From a bacterium (GTDB lineage: Bacteria > UBA8248), in assembly GCA_965219955.1 (NCBI GenBank), contig OZ244799.1, positions 764,828-828,827 on the forward strand: a DNA stretch of 64,000 nucleotides, in the 5' to 3' direction. Of the stretch, positions 17,888-26,333 are shown piece after piece. The notes beneath the pieces were generated by a model that saw only the letters and a list, made by a program, of their open reading frames with translations, made no database searches and was not told the origin of the DNA. The stretch's first letter is position 1. Every line of letters starts with the position of its first letter. A program made the position numbers and the translations under genes.

Positions 17888-17917
17888 AATATACGCCGGA
17901 ACGCTCATTCAAGTCAA
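17888..17917 (-). promoter_or_regulatory. conserved sigma70-like promoter of lipoprotein paralog 2
   Basis: Minus strand TTGACT (17912-17917), 18 nt, TATATT (17888-17893). Confidence 0.6.
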
Positions 17918-17969
17918 CATGCGTGGCGGCGGCGCGGAAATAGGACTCGGCGGCGCTGAAGGCCGCGCT

Positions 17970-19208
17970 TTATGGCCGCTCCCTTCCGGCGCCGAAGCCG
18001 CCGACCACGACCATCTCTCCCATGGAAGGATCGGGATAGGCCTCGATGAGCCACCACTGGCCCGCCGTTTCCGCCGCTTCCGGACCGTAGAACGCGCCCT
18101 CGTACCTGCCCGCGGGCGTGGCGAACCGGGGGCCGGCTTCGGCTGCGCCCCGGACGGAAATCCAGCCCCGATAGCCGTTTCCCTCCACCGGAGCCGCCAG
18201 CAACTCGATCGTGTGCCACGCGCCCGCCCGGCTCGCATCGACCTGCAGGCTCCGCGGGTCTAAGGGCGCGATGCGCATGTTCCGGATCTCGCCGGAGACG
18301 GCGCCGGACGGACCCTCCAGCCGCGCCTCCAGCACGGCGTCGCCCTCCAGGGCCCAGCGGCCGTCCGCATCCTGGGCGTGGCCGGTGGCGCGGCCGCTCC
18401 AAATGGCCGTGAGCGGGACGGCGGGGGAGCCCGGCATGTCCCTCGGGAAGGTCTCCAGCCCGAAGCTCATGCCGGCGTGGGCGCTGAGCGTCCGGGTGGT
18501 GTCCGAAGCGCCGCCGCCGACCACCGGGGCCATCGCCCACCAGCCGTAGGCGGCGTACTCGAGAGACTGGCCCTCTCCACCCGAATCGGCATGGGCCAGA
18601 AGAATGTCGTGCTCGATGCCGACGTCCGAGGGATGGCGGCCCGCATAGAGCGTCGGCCAGACCAGCCCGGCGTCCGGAGCGCCCCACCCCGCCGACTCTT
18701 CGGTGAAGGGATAGGTTCCGCGAAGCCCGGCCCGGCCCCGTATGTGCATGACGTGGCCGCCGCCCGCCCCGGGCCACAGGTACACGTCGGAATCCAGGGT
18801 GGAGTCGTCGTCCACCCTCCAGGTCGACGGGTTCGGACGGGTGAACGTGTTCGGCGGGAGGAGAAGAAACGACCGGGTGACGGTGAACTCGCGGACGACT
18901 CCTCCCTCGGGAGACGCCGCCTGTTCGCCGAGAACCTCGGGGAGGGTCTTTTGCAGATTCCGGTAGAGGTGGGGGCCGGGGAGGGCGGCTCCCGCCGTCT
19001 GCGCACTGTTTCGGCCGGACCCCCCTCCGCAACCGGACAGGGCAACGGCGCACAGAACGAACAGCACAACGAGGTGCATCGGCATCTTCGCGAGCGGGGA
19101 GGAAGACGGAGAAAACCGCCCCCGCCGCCCAGGCCCGCCATGCCGCCGGGCCGCCTCCCGGTTCACTCCGGCGAACACTCCTCGCGACTCACAGGAATCT
19201 GGGTGCAT
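17970..19208 (-). CDS. predicted lipoprotein, TbpB/fHbp-like C-terminal barrel signature (paralog 3)
   Basis: Lipobox VALSGC followed by GGGSG. C-terminal LTAIWSGRATGHA...GAFYGPEAAETAGQW...VVGGFGAGR. Confidence 0.7.
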   Translation of the reverse strand: MHPDSCESRGVFAGVNREAARRHGGPGRRGRFSPSSSPLAKMPMHLVVLFVLCAVALSGCGGGSGRNSAQTAGAALPGPHLYRNLQKTLPEVLGEQAASPEGGVVREFTVTRSFLLLPPNTFTRPNPSTWRVDDDSTLDSDVYLWPGAGGGHVMHIRGRAGLRGTYPFTEESAGWGAPDAGLVWPTLYAGRHPSDVGIEHDILLAHADSGGEGQSLEYAAYGWWAMAPVVGGGASDTTRTLSAHAGMSFGLETFPRDMPGSPAVPLTAIWSGRATGHAQDADGRWALEGDAVLEARLEGPSGAVSGEIRNMRIAPLDPRSLQVDASRAGAWHTIELLAAPVEGNGYRGWISVRGAAEAGPRFATPAGRYEGAFYGPEAAETAGQWWLIEAYPDPSMGEMVVVGGFGAGRERP

Positions 19209-19258
19209 CCTTCACGTCTCCTTCGGATGATATGAATTTGAATAATCGTTCAATATGA

Positions 19259-19287
19259 AATATATGCCGGACTGCTCATTCCGTCAA
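19259..19287 (-). promoter_or_regulatory. conserved sigma70-like promoter of lipoprotein paralog 3
   Basis: Minus strand TTGACG (19282-19287), 17 nt, TATATT (19259-19264). An AT-rich leader, AAGGAG and the ATG at 19208 follow. Confidence 0.6.
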
Positions 19288-19395
19288 CATGCTTGTCCGC
19301 GGCGCAGAAACGGGGCTGGCTGGCGCCGCCCAATCGCCTTTCGGCGCGAATGCGTGTAGGATGCCTCTATCTCGTCACCTGAACAGGATACGAAA

Positions 19396-20517
19396 ATGGC
19401 ACACGCAGGTTTCGCCACATCAGAGGGCACGCAAGGCTACGCCGAGGCCCATTCGTCCGTCTGCCACCCCGGGCATTACAGGCAATTGAACGGCCTCCGG
19501 CTCTCTTCGATCGGCATCGGCACCTATCTCGGAGAGGCGGACGAGGCGACCGACGCCGCCTACCGCGAATCCGTGGCCGCCGCCGTCCGCGGCGGATGCA
19601 ACGTCATCGACACGGCGGTGAACTACCGCTTCCAGCGCAGCGAGAGGAGCATCCGCGCCGCACTGGACGATCTGTTTGCGGCGGGCGAGGTGAGCCGCGA
19701 GGCGCTGGTCATCTCCACCAAGGGCGGGTTCATCCCCTTCGACACACATCCGCCGCAGGGGCAGGCAGATTTTATGGACTATTTGCAAAAAACCTATTTC
19801 GAGCCCGGCGTTTGCGCGCCGGAGGACATCGTCGCGAACTGCCACTGCATGACGCCCGCCTACATCCGGCATGAACTCGACGCGAGCCTCGCCAACCTGG
19901 GACTCGAGACTATCGACGTCTACTACGTCCACAATCCCGAAACGCAGCTACAGGAGGTCTCGCGCGAGGTCTTCCTGAGCAGGCTCAAGGAAGCCTTCGA
20001 GACGCTCGAGGCCGCCGTGGCCGAGGGCAAGATCAGGAGCTACGGCACGGCCACCTGGAACGGGTACCGCATGGAGCCGGGCGAGGGGGAGTATCTCTCG
20101 CTGGAAGAGGTTCTGGGCGCGGCAAAAGCCGCGGGCGGGGAGGACCACCACTTCCGGGTCGTTCAACTGCCGCTGAACCTGGGGATGCCCGAGGCCTTCT
20201 CCAAGCCGAACCAGAGCCTGGGCGGGGAGACGACTTGTTTTCTCGCCGCAGCGGCGAAGAACGGCATTACCGTGATGACGAGCGGCTCCATCCTCCAAGG
20301 ACGCGCCGCACAGGGCCTCCCCCCCGTGATCGGGGAAGTGTTTCCGGGGTTCGCCACCGACGGGCAGCGCGCGCTCCAGTTCACCCGCAGCGCGCCAGGC
20401 GTGGCCGTCGCCCTGGTGGGGATGCGCCAGTTGTCTCACGTCATCGAGAACATGGAAGTCGCCAGGACGCCTCCCGCTCCCTTCGAGGATTTCATCCGCC
20501 TGTTCCGCGAAGAGTAG
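19396..20517 (+). CDS. aldo/keto reductase family oxidoreductase
   Basis: GIGTY...IDTAVNYR...RE..VISTKGG...VDVYYVHNPE pattern typical of AKRs. Confidence 0.85.
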   Translation: MAHAGFATSEGTQGYAEAHSSVCHPGHYRQLNGLRLSSIGIGTYLGEADEATDAAYRESVAAAVRGGCNVIDTAVNYRFQRSERSIRAALDDLFAAGEVSREALVISTKGGFIPFDTHPPQGQADFMDYLQKTYFEPGVCAPEDIVANCHCMTPAYIRHELDASLANLGLETIDVYYVHNPETQLQEVSREVFLSRLKEAFETLEAAVAEGKIRSYGTATWNGYRMEPGEGEYLSLEEVLGAAKAAGGEDHHFRVVQLPLNLGMPEAFSKPNQSLGGETTCFLAAAAKNGITVMTSGSILQGRAAQGLPPVIGEVFPGFATDGQRALQFTRSAPGVAVALVGMRQLSHVIENMEVARTPPAPFEDFIRLFREE

Positions 20518-20631
20518 TTTCAGGAAAAAAACTCCCTTCGGCGCTTTTCCGGGCGCTCCCTTTTCCATAGAATGCGCGGCGAATCTCGATGGAAAACTTC
20601 TCGACATCATTCATTCCCAGATGGAGGAAAC

Positions 20632-21906
20632 ATGCCCAGACCCTCGTATCATCCCAACCCCATTCGCGGCGGCGGCAACGACGCCTACACCGGCGTGGAC
20701 CACGTGCTCACCGAACCCTGGGAGGAGGAGGCGCACAACGTCCGCCTCGTCGCCCATTCGGACCTGAACGGCTGGGGCGACGCGTTCCAGATCCAGGTGG
20801 GCGGCGGCATCTGCTACGTCGCGGCCTCGGGCGTGAACGGCCACGACGGCATGACGATCCTGGACGTCACGGATCCTGCGAATCCCAAAATCATCAACCA
20901 GCTCGTCGACAGCCCCGCCGCGCGCACGCACAAGGTGCTCCGCATCAACGACGAGGTGCTGCTCACGAACTCAGAACTCAGGCCCGCCCTGCGCGACCAG
21001 TACCCCGACGCCGTCGGCGGCCTGCGCATCTTCGACAACCGCGACCCGTTCCACCCCAAGTTCGTGAACTACGTGGAGACGGACGGTTTCGGCATCCACC
21101 GTCCGATCTATGACCGAAAGCGCCAGCTCCTCTACAGCTCGGGCTTCAAGGACGGCTACGCGGGCAAGGTGCTCCTCGTACACGACATGAAGGACCCCTG
21201 GGCGCCCGAGTTCATCGGCATGGGCCACGTCCCCGGCCAGAAGGACGGGGAGGAACCCTCCTGGGACCCCGAGATCGTGGGCGACGGCGGGTGGATCCAC
21301 GAGGGGAATCCGTGGGGCAACTACGTCACGGCGGGCTATTGGGACGCCGGCATCGCGCTCTTCGACTTGACCGACCCGTCGAAGCCCGAGCTCATGTGGC
21401 GGCACAACCCGCACGAGACGCACGGCTGGGCGGGCTGCTACCACAGCTTCCTGGTGCCGGAGGGTTCCGAGTTCGGCATCGTGACGCAGGAGACCACCAC
21501 GGTGAACTGCGACGACCCGCCTGCGTTCGTGACCTTCTATGATCTCAGGAACATGCACGAACCGCTGCCGGTGAGCACGTTCATGCCCTATGAGATCGAC
21601 CCGATCGAGATGCGGCCCTTGGACGACAAGTGGAACAAGACGGGCTCGCGCCACGGCGCGCACAACATCTGGCTCGACATGACGAAGGACGACCTCATGT
21701 ACATCACCTGGTTCAACGCAGGGCTTCGCGTAGTGGACTGGTCGAACCCCTTCCGTCCCAAAGAGGTGGGCTACTACATCCCCGCCGGCACGAAGGAGCG
21801 CTGCTGCCCGCAGAGCAACGACGTGCAGGTGGACAAGGACACCGGCCTCATCTACATGGCCGACCGCTGGGGGCTGGGCCTGCACATCATGGAGTACACG
21901 GGCTAG
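20632..21906 (+). CDS. LVIVD-repeat beta-propeller protein
   Basis: ATG at 20632 follows GGAGGAAA. Repeated xGhxIhDhoDPxxPxxh units: MTILDVTDPANPKII, GLRIFDNRDPFHPKFV, IALFDLTDPSKPEL, GLRVVDWSNPFRPKEV. Confidence 0.7.
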   Translation: MPRPSYHPNPIRGGGNDAYTGVDHVLTEPWEEEAHNVRLVAHSDLNGWGDAFQIQVGGGICYVAASGVNGHDGMTILDVTDPANPKIINQLVDSPAARTHKVLRINDEVLLTNSELRPALRDQYPDAVGGLRIFDNRDPFHPKFVNYVETDGFGIHRPIYDRKRQLLYSSGFKDGYAGKVLLVHDMKDPWAPEFIGMGHVPGQKDGEEPSWDPEIVGDGGWIHEGNPWGNYVTAGYWDAGIALFDLTDPSKPELMWRHNPHETHGWAGCYHSFLVPEGSEFGIVTQETTTVNCDDPPAFVTFYDLRNMHEPLPVSTFMPYEIDPIEMRPLDDKWNKTGSRHGAHNIWLDMTKDDLMYITWFNAGLRVVDWSNPFRPKEVGYYIPAGTKERCCPQSNDVQVDKDTGLIYMADRWGLGLHIMEYTG

Positions 21907-21954
21907 GGGTTCATATGGGCCTGCCCGGTGGTGATCCGGATGGTGATGGCTCTT

Positions 21955-22500
21955 CCTCACCCTGAGTAGCGGCCCCTCGACTTCGCTCGGTGCAGGCTCC
22001 GCCGTTGCCCGACACCCCTCACCCTGAGTAGCCGCCGGAGGCGGCGTATCGAAGGGTTTGCCGCGGTGGGATTGTAGGGGCGGTTCGCGAACCGCCCCTA
22101 CGGGCGAACGCGCTTTTGTTCGTCATTCCGGCAATCAATGCCGACCGAGGAGGGAGGGATTGCCCGGAATCCATTTGTTTTGCCTTTGTTTTTTTCTTGT
22201 CGGCGCCCCGCCAATGACGGGGAGATAAAAAGCCGGCGTATTGTCATTCCACTTGAAAATGGATTCCGGCTTTCGCCGGAATGACGGCAATCTCGGCTTT
22301 GCCGGGCTTTTTCAACAGTCCCTTGTCAGGGGGGTATAAAAAGGCGATACGCCCCGCCGGGCCGAGGGGGTTTTGCTCTTTCTTGCCCCCTGACAAGGGG
22401 GGGTAGGGGGGGTTGGTTTTCAAGCCGAGGGGGTACTCCCTGAAAAACCCCGTAAGCGGCTCCTCCCGCTTCCCTGGCGGGTCTCCCCCCCCTCAAGAAA
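21955..22500. repeat. intergenic mosaic palindromic repeat block R3
   Basis: 22051-22440 is the second copy of 2631-3050. Upstream are two cctcaccctgagtagc modules. Confidence 0.9.
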
Positions 22501-22548
22501 TATGAAAGTGGCGGAAACGCCGCCGGGTGGGGTATTCTCCCCGCACCT

Positions 22549-22634
22549 GCCCGGGTGGTGGAATGGTAGACACCAGGGACTTAAAATCCCTTGGCCGAGA
22601 GGCCGTGCCGGTTCGAGTCCGGCCCCGGGTACCA
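22549..22634 (+). tRNA. tRNA-Leu (anticodon UAA), genomically encoded CCA
   Basis: Cloverleaf readable by eye. Acceptor gcccggg/cccgggt. Anticodon stem-loop agggaCTTAAAAtccct. Long variable arm ggccgagaggcc. T arm gccggTTCGAGTccggc. Ends ACCA. Confidence 0.9.
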
Positions 22635-22747
22635 AACACACTTTTTCTGATGTTCCGCGAATATCCGAATACCCATCATAAATAATTGAAAATATGAGGC
22701 TTGCCGGGTCTTGATTTTCGGTTTTCTCCGCTGGAGACATAAAAAAC

Positions 22748-22776
22748 TTGACAAAAAACGATTTGTATACTATGTT
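22748..22776 (+). promoter_or_regulatory. near-consensus promoter driving a probably leaderless XRE transcript
   Basis: TTGACA (22748-22753), 17 nt, TATGTT (22771-22776). The ATG of the XRE gene starts at 22783, 7 nt after the -10, and no RBS is present. Confidence 0.5.
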
Positions 22777-22782
22777 CTATAT

Positions 22783-23136
22783 ATGACACATTTTGGAAGC
22801 ACCATCCGAACCCAACGTGAAAGCCTCAGACGAGAAGACCGGCGCTTTTCGCTGCGTCAGGTGGCGCAGCGGATAGGAGTCGAGCCGGCCTACCTGAGCA
22901 AGATCGAACGCGGCGACGTGGCGCCGCCTTCTGAGGCCACCACGGTGAAGCTGGCTCAGGAACTGGGCGAGGACCCTGATGTGCTGCTGGCCCTGGCGGG
23001 GAAGGTATCGAGCGACCTGCAGGATATCATCCGCAAACGGCCTAAACTGTTCGCGGAGTTGATCCGCCAGATGAGAGAGGCACCCGATGACGCCATCCTC
23101 CGGGTGGTGCGCGAGGTGCGGGATGGAGACTGGTAA
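22783..23136 (+). CDS. XRE-family helix-turn-helix transcriptional regulator
   Basis: FSLRQVAQRIGVEPAYLSKIERGDVAPPSEATTVKLAQELGEDPDVLLALAG is a classical Cro/C1-type HTH. A helical C-terminal extension of about 45 aa follows. Confidence 0.85.
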   Translation: MTHFGSTIRTQRESLRREDRRFSLRQVAQRIGVEPAYLSKIERGDVAPPSEATTVKLAQELGEDPDVLLALAGKVSSDLQDIIRKRPKLFAELIRQMREAPDDAILRVVREVRDGDW

Positions 23137-23148
23137 AGGAGGATTCTG

Positions 23149-24162
23149 ATGATCATTCTTGAGAACGACTGCCTCGATATCCGATGCCCCGAGGTTCATG
23201 ACCACGCCCGGTGCTCGATCGAGTTCCAGCGCACCCTTCGCATCCCGGACAACGGGGAAGATTACTTCCTGCCCCCGGGTCTGGGCTGCTTTCCCCTACG
23301 GCACTTGGACGACTACGCGGAGCGTCTTCCCGGGGAGTGGCTCCGCCGAGGCGGCGTGATCATGCCGATGTTTCAGGCCGAAGCCCTGTGGATGGATTTT
23401 GATGCAGGATGCAGCGGCCCTCTATCCTATCCGTTCGCGATAAAGATAGCGACCGGGAAAATCTGCGCGCTCACCGGCGATAGCTGGGTAGACAACCTGA
23501 ACACCGATCCGCAGGACTACCTCGTATTGCCCGAGCAGCCCTGGCTCGACGGCTACTGCGTCGAAAAAGGGATAGTCTGCCAGTTCGTGGCCATGCCCCT
23601 GGGTGAGGGCTACACGGCCGAGGAGCAGTTACGGGGTGCCGCGCAGCATGGCGGCCTGCAGATCGTTGCCTATCCCATGAAGCGTGAGCGTTATGAAGAA
23701 ATGATCAGAGACGAGGCTGCACAGGGTATCGTTCTGGAAAGCCCCGACGAGGTGGCCATGGGTCTGGCCCCGGGCGGCCGGATGAAGCAGGAAGTTTATG
23801 AGGATCCCTATGGCCTGGATGCCTGGGATCAACGGCATCCCAGCCGGTGTTTCGTCACCATCGCAAACTCCGCCCAGTGGATGGCGATCACGGGCGAGCG
23901 GCCGCCGGTTGAGCCGCCCACGGCCAGGGACTACACTGAAGCCGGCCTGCCCTGGTTCGATTATTACGACGCCGACGCGAAGGCCGTTTCGGGTAGCGAT
24001 GTTTTGAAGACCCTGAAGAGTGTCGAGCAGACCGGCAAGGCGAAAGGTGAAACGCCGCTGCCGGAGAACGAACCGATCGGCGTGAGCCGCGTCGTCAGTC
24101 TGCGGGACACCAGAGCACGCGAGGTACGGGAGTATCCCACCGGTGAAGTCGTTGATTCGTGA
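23149..24162 (+). CDS. hypothetical protein (337 aa), co-transcribed with the XRE regulator
   Basis: AAAGGAGG lies 5 nt upstream of the ATG, 12 nt after the XRE stop. No TM segment or signal peptide and no catalytic motif I can name. Notable strings are TLRIPDNGEDYFLPPGLGCFPLRH and LPWFDYYDADAKAV. Confidence 0.75.
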   Translation: MIILENDCLDIRCPEVHDHARCSIEFQRTLRIPDNGEDYFLPPGLGCFPLRHLDDYAERLPGEWLRRGGVIMPMFQAEALWMDFDAGCSGPLSYPFAIKIATGKICALTGDSWVDNLNTDPQDYLVLPEQPWLDGYCVEKGIVCQFVAMPLGEGYTAEEQLRGAAQHGGLQIVAYPMKRERYEEMIRDEAAQGIVLESPDEVAMGLAPGGRMKQEVYEDPYGLDAWDQRHPSRCFVTIANSAQWMAITGERPPVEPPTARDYTEAGLPWFDYYDADAKAVSGSDVLKTLKSVEQTGKAKGETPLPENEPIGVSRVVSLRDTRAREVREYPTGEVVDS

Positions 24163-24251
24163 AGTGAACGAGTAGAAATCGATTCAAACCGCAGCCTGTG
24201 CGATGAGGTTTTCCGCCTTCCGTCGCGCCGGTTCCATCCGTTGAGGGGAAG

Positions 24252-25457
24252 ATGTCCGAATCTCAATCCGCAGCGCCCTTGAGCGGGTTTCGGGTCCTGG
24301 ATTTCACCCAGGTCGTCGCGGGGCCTTTCTGCGCCGCGATGCTGGCCGACATGGGGGCCGAGGTGGTGAAGATAGAACGCCCGGGCTTCGGGGACGACAC
24401 GCGCCGCATCACCCGCTACAAGGACAGGGAAGAACACGAGGATTATTTTTATGCGAACAACCGCTCGAAAAAGAGCTTCGCGGTCAACATGAAGACGGAC
24501 GCGGGCCGCGTCGCCGTGCGCGCCCTGGCGGGAGAGGCCGACGCCCTCATCGAGAACATGGCGCCCGGCAAGCTGGCCGAACTCGGGCTGGGCTGGGAGG
24601 ACGCCCGCGCGGCGAACCCCAAGATCGTCTACTGCTCGCTCTCGGGCTTCGGCCAGAGCGGCCCCTACCGCGACCGCGTGGGGCTCGACCCGATTTTACA
24701 GGCCGTATCTGGCGTCATGAGCGTGACCGGGAACGAAGACCCCACCCAGATCGGCGCACCGCTCGCCGACGTGCTGGCGGGCATGTTCTCGGCCTACGCC
24801 ATCGTGAGCGCGCTCCACGCCGCGGGCCGCGAGGGGGAGGGCCGCCATATCGACGTGAGCATGCAGGACGCCATGGTGGCCGCGCTCGGCCCGCGCATGG
24901 GCGAGACGCTCCAGGCGGGCGTGTCGCCGGGCCGGCACGGCAACGAGAACCCCATGCGCGTGCCCGCGAACACCTACCGCACGAGCGACGGGGAGTACGT
25001 GACCGTCATCGTGCAGCACGACGGCTTCTGGCCGGGCTTTTGCCGCGCGCTGGGGATAGAAGACTGGCTGGAGGACGAGCGTTTCTCGACCGCTCGGGCG
25101 CGCGTCGCGAACCGGGGCGCCATCAACGAGCGGGTGTCCGCGATTTTCGCCTCGCGCACGATGACCGAGTGGGAGCGGCGCCTCGAAGCCGAGCGCGTGG
25201 GCTTTTCCCCGGTGAACGACTACGCGCGCGCCCTCGCAGACCCCCAGGTCGCGCACCGGGGCCTTATCAAGCGCGTCGAGCACCCCGTATCCGGCGAGAT
25301 TCGCGTCGTCGGCGCGCCGTGGATCATGAGCGGCGCGCAGGCGGAGACGAAGCCGCCGCCCCTGCTCGGCCAGCACACGGCCGAGGTGCTCAGGGAGTGG
25401 CTCGACTGGCCGGAGGAGGAGGTGGCGCGCTTCATGGCGGGGGAGGGCGTGAGGTAG
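24252..25457 (+). CDS. family III CoA-transferase (CaiB/BaiF-type)
   Basis: LSGFRVLDFTQVVAGPFCAAMLADMGAEVVKIERP...GDDTR is the hallmark N-terminus of family III CoA-transferases. Confidence 0.9.
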   Translation: MSESQSAAPLSGFRVLDFTQVVAGPFCAAMLADMGAEVVKIERPGFGDDTRRITRYKDREEHEDYFYANNRSKKSFAVNMKTDAGRVAVRALAGEADALIENMAPGKLAELGLGWEDARAANPKIVYCSLSGFGQSGPYRDRVGLDPILQAVSGVMSVTGNEDPTQIGAPLADVLAGMFSAYAIVSALHAAGREGEGRHIDVSMQDAMVAALGPRMGETLQAGVSPGRHGNENPMRVPANTYRTSDGEYVTVIVQHDGFWPGFCRALGIEDWLEDERFSTARARVANRGAINERVSAIFASRTMTEWERRLEAERVGFSPVNDYARALADPQVAHRGLIKRVEHPVSGEIRVVGAPWIMSGAQAETKPPPLLGQHTAEVLREWLDWPEEEVARFMAGEGVR

Positions 25458-25464
25458 GGGGTAA

Positions 25465-25945
25465 AGGCTTCTTCCACTTTCCCCTTGAGGGGTCGGGCAT
25501 CCCGAGGGGAATGCCCGATGGAAAACCCCCTCTCCGCCTCATCCTGAGTAGCGGCCCCTCGACTTCGCTCGGGACAGGCTCCGCCGTTGCCCGACACCCC
25601 TCATCCTGAGTAGCGGCGGAGCCGCGTATCGAAGGATGCTCTCTTGCACGGCGCGAGGCGTTCGACTCCCCGCGCCCTTCGATACAAACGTTCCTTCATC
25701 GGGGTTGTTGAAAAAGTCCTGTCCGACCTTCGAGATTGTTTGCCGTAGCGGACGGGCCCCTGCGCCTGTCCGTGGCCTCCGTGCCTGTCCTGACGAAGGA
25801 CAACCACGAAGAGCAGGACAGGCACGGAGGCCTGTCCCTACAAAACCATCACGTCTGCGCCGCGTGAACCTCCTTGCCGCCGATCCCGAAACAGGCTTTT
25901 TCAACAGTCCCCTCAAGGGGGGCGTGAACTTCCTTGCGCATTAGT
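25465..25945. repeat. intergenic mosaic palindromic repeat block R4
   Basis: Two cctcatcctgagtagcggc modules separated by cccctcgacttcgctcgg-acaggctccgccgttgcccgac (also at about 21975). Also ggacaggcacggaggcctgtcc hairpins and gttgaaaaag/ctttttcaaca junctions. Confidence 0.9.
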
Positions 25946-26333
25946 CGTCATATTCTCCCTCTCTGGATGGTTATGACCCTGTAAAGGGGCGTGATGCGCG
26001 CCCTTGGTTTTCTCCGGCGGTGAACCGGCGTATCATTCGGGCGATTATCGAGCAGAGCAAAAAATAGGAGGTAATCCGGCGAGCGACGAAACTGCCATTC
26101 ACGATATGGACGAAGGGGATGAGGCCGAACCCCGTGAAAAACCCTCCGAGGCGTTCAGGCGGTATTTCGGGCCTGAACACGGCGTCGAACTGCCTCCGCG
26201 CGCCCGCTGCGGCTACCGCCCGCTCGACCTGAGCGATGATGAGGAGGCGTAAGCGAAGCCCGAATTTTCTCGATGCACTCCCGTCGCCATTCACCAGGCG
26301 GCTTGCAGCCCACCCATTCCAAAGGAGGGAGCC

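Noticed and set aside
24200-24250. A possible attR direct repeat of the tRNA-Leu 3' end downstream of the XRE module (gccggttc at about 24224).
   Set aside because: Only about 8 nt match, which is within chance expectation, and there is no integrase. An island boundary cannot be claimed from this.
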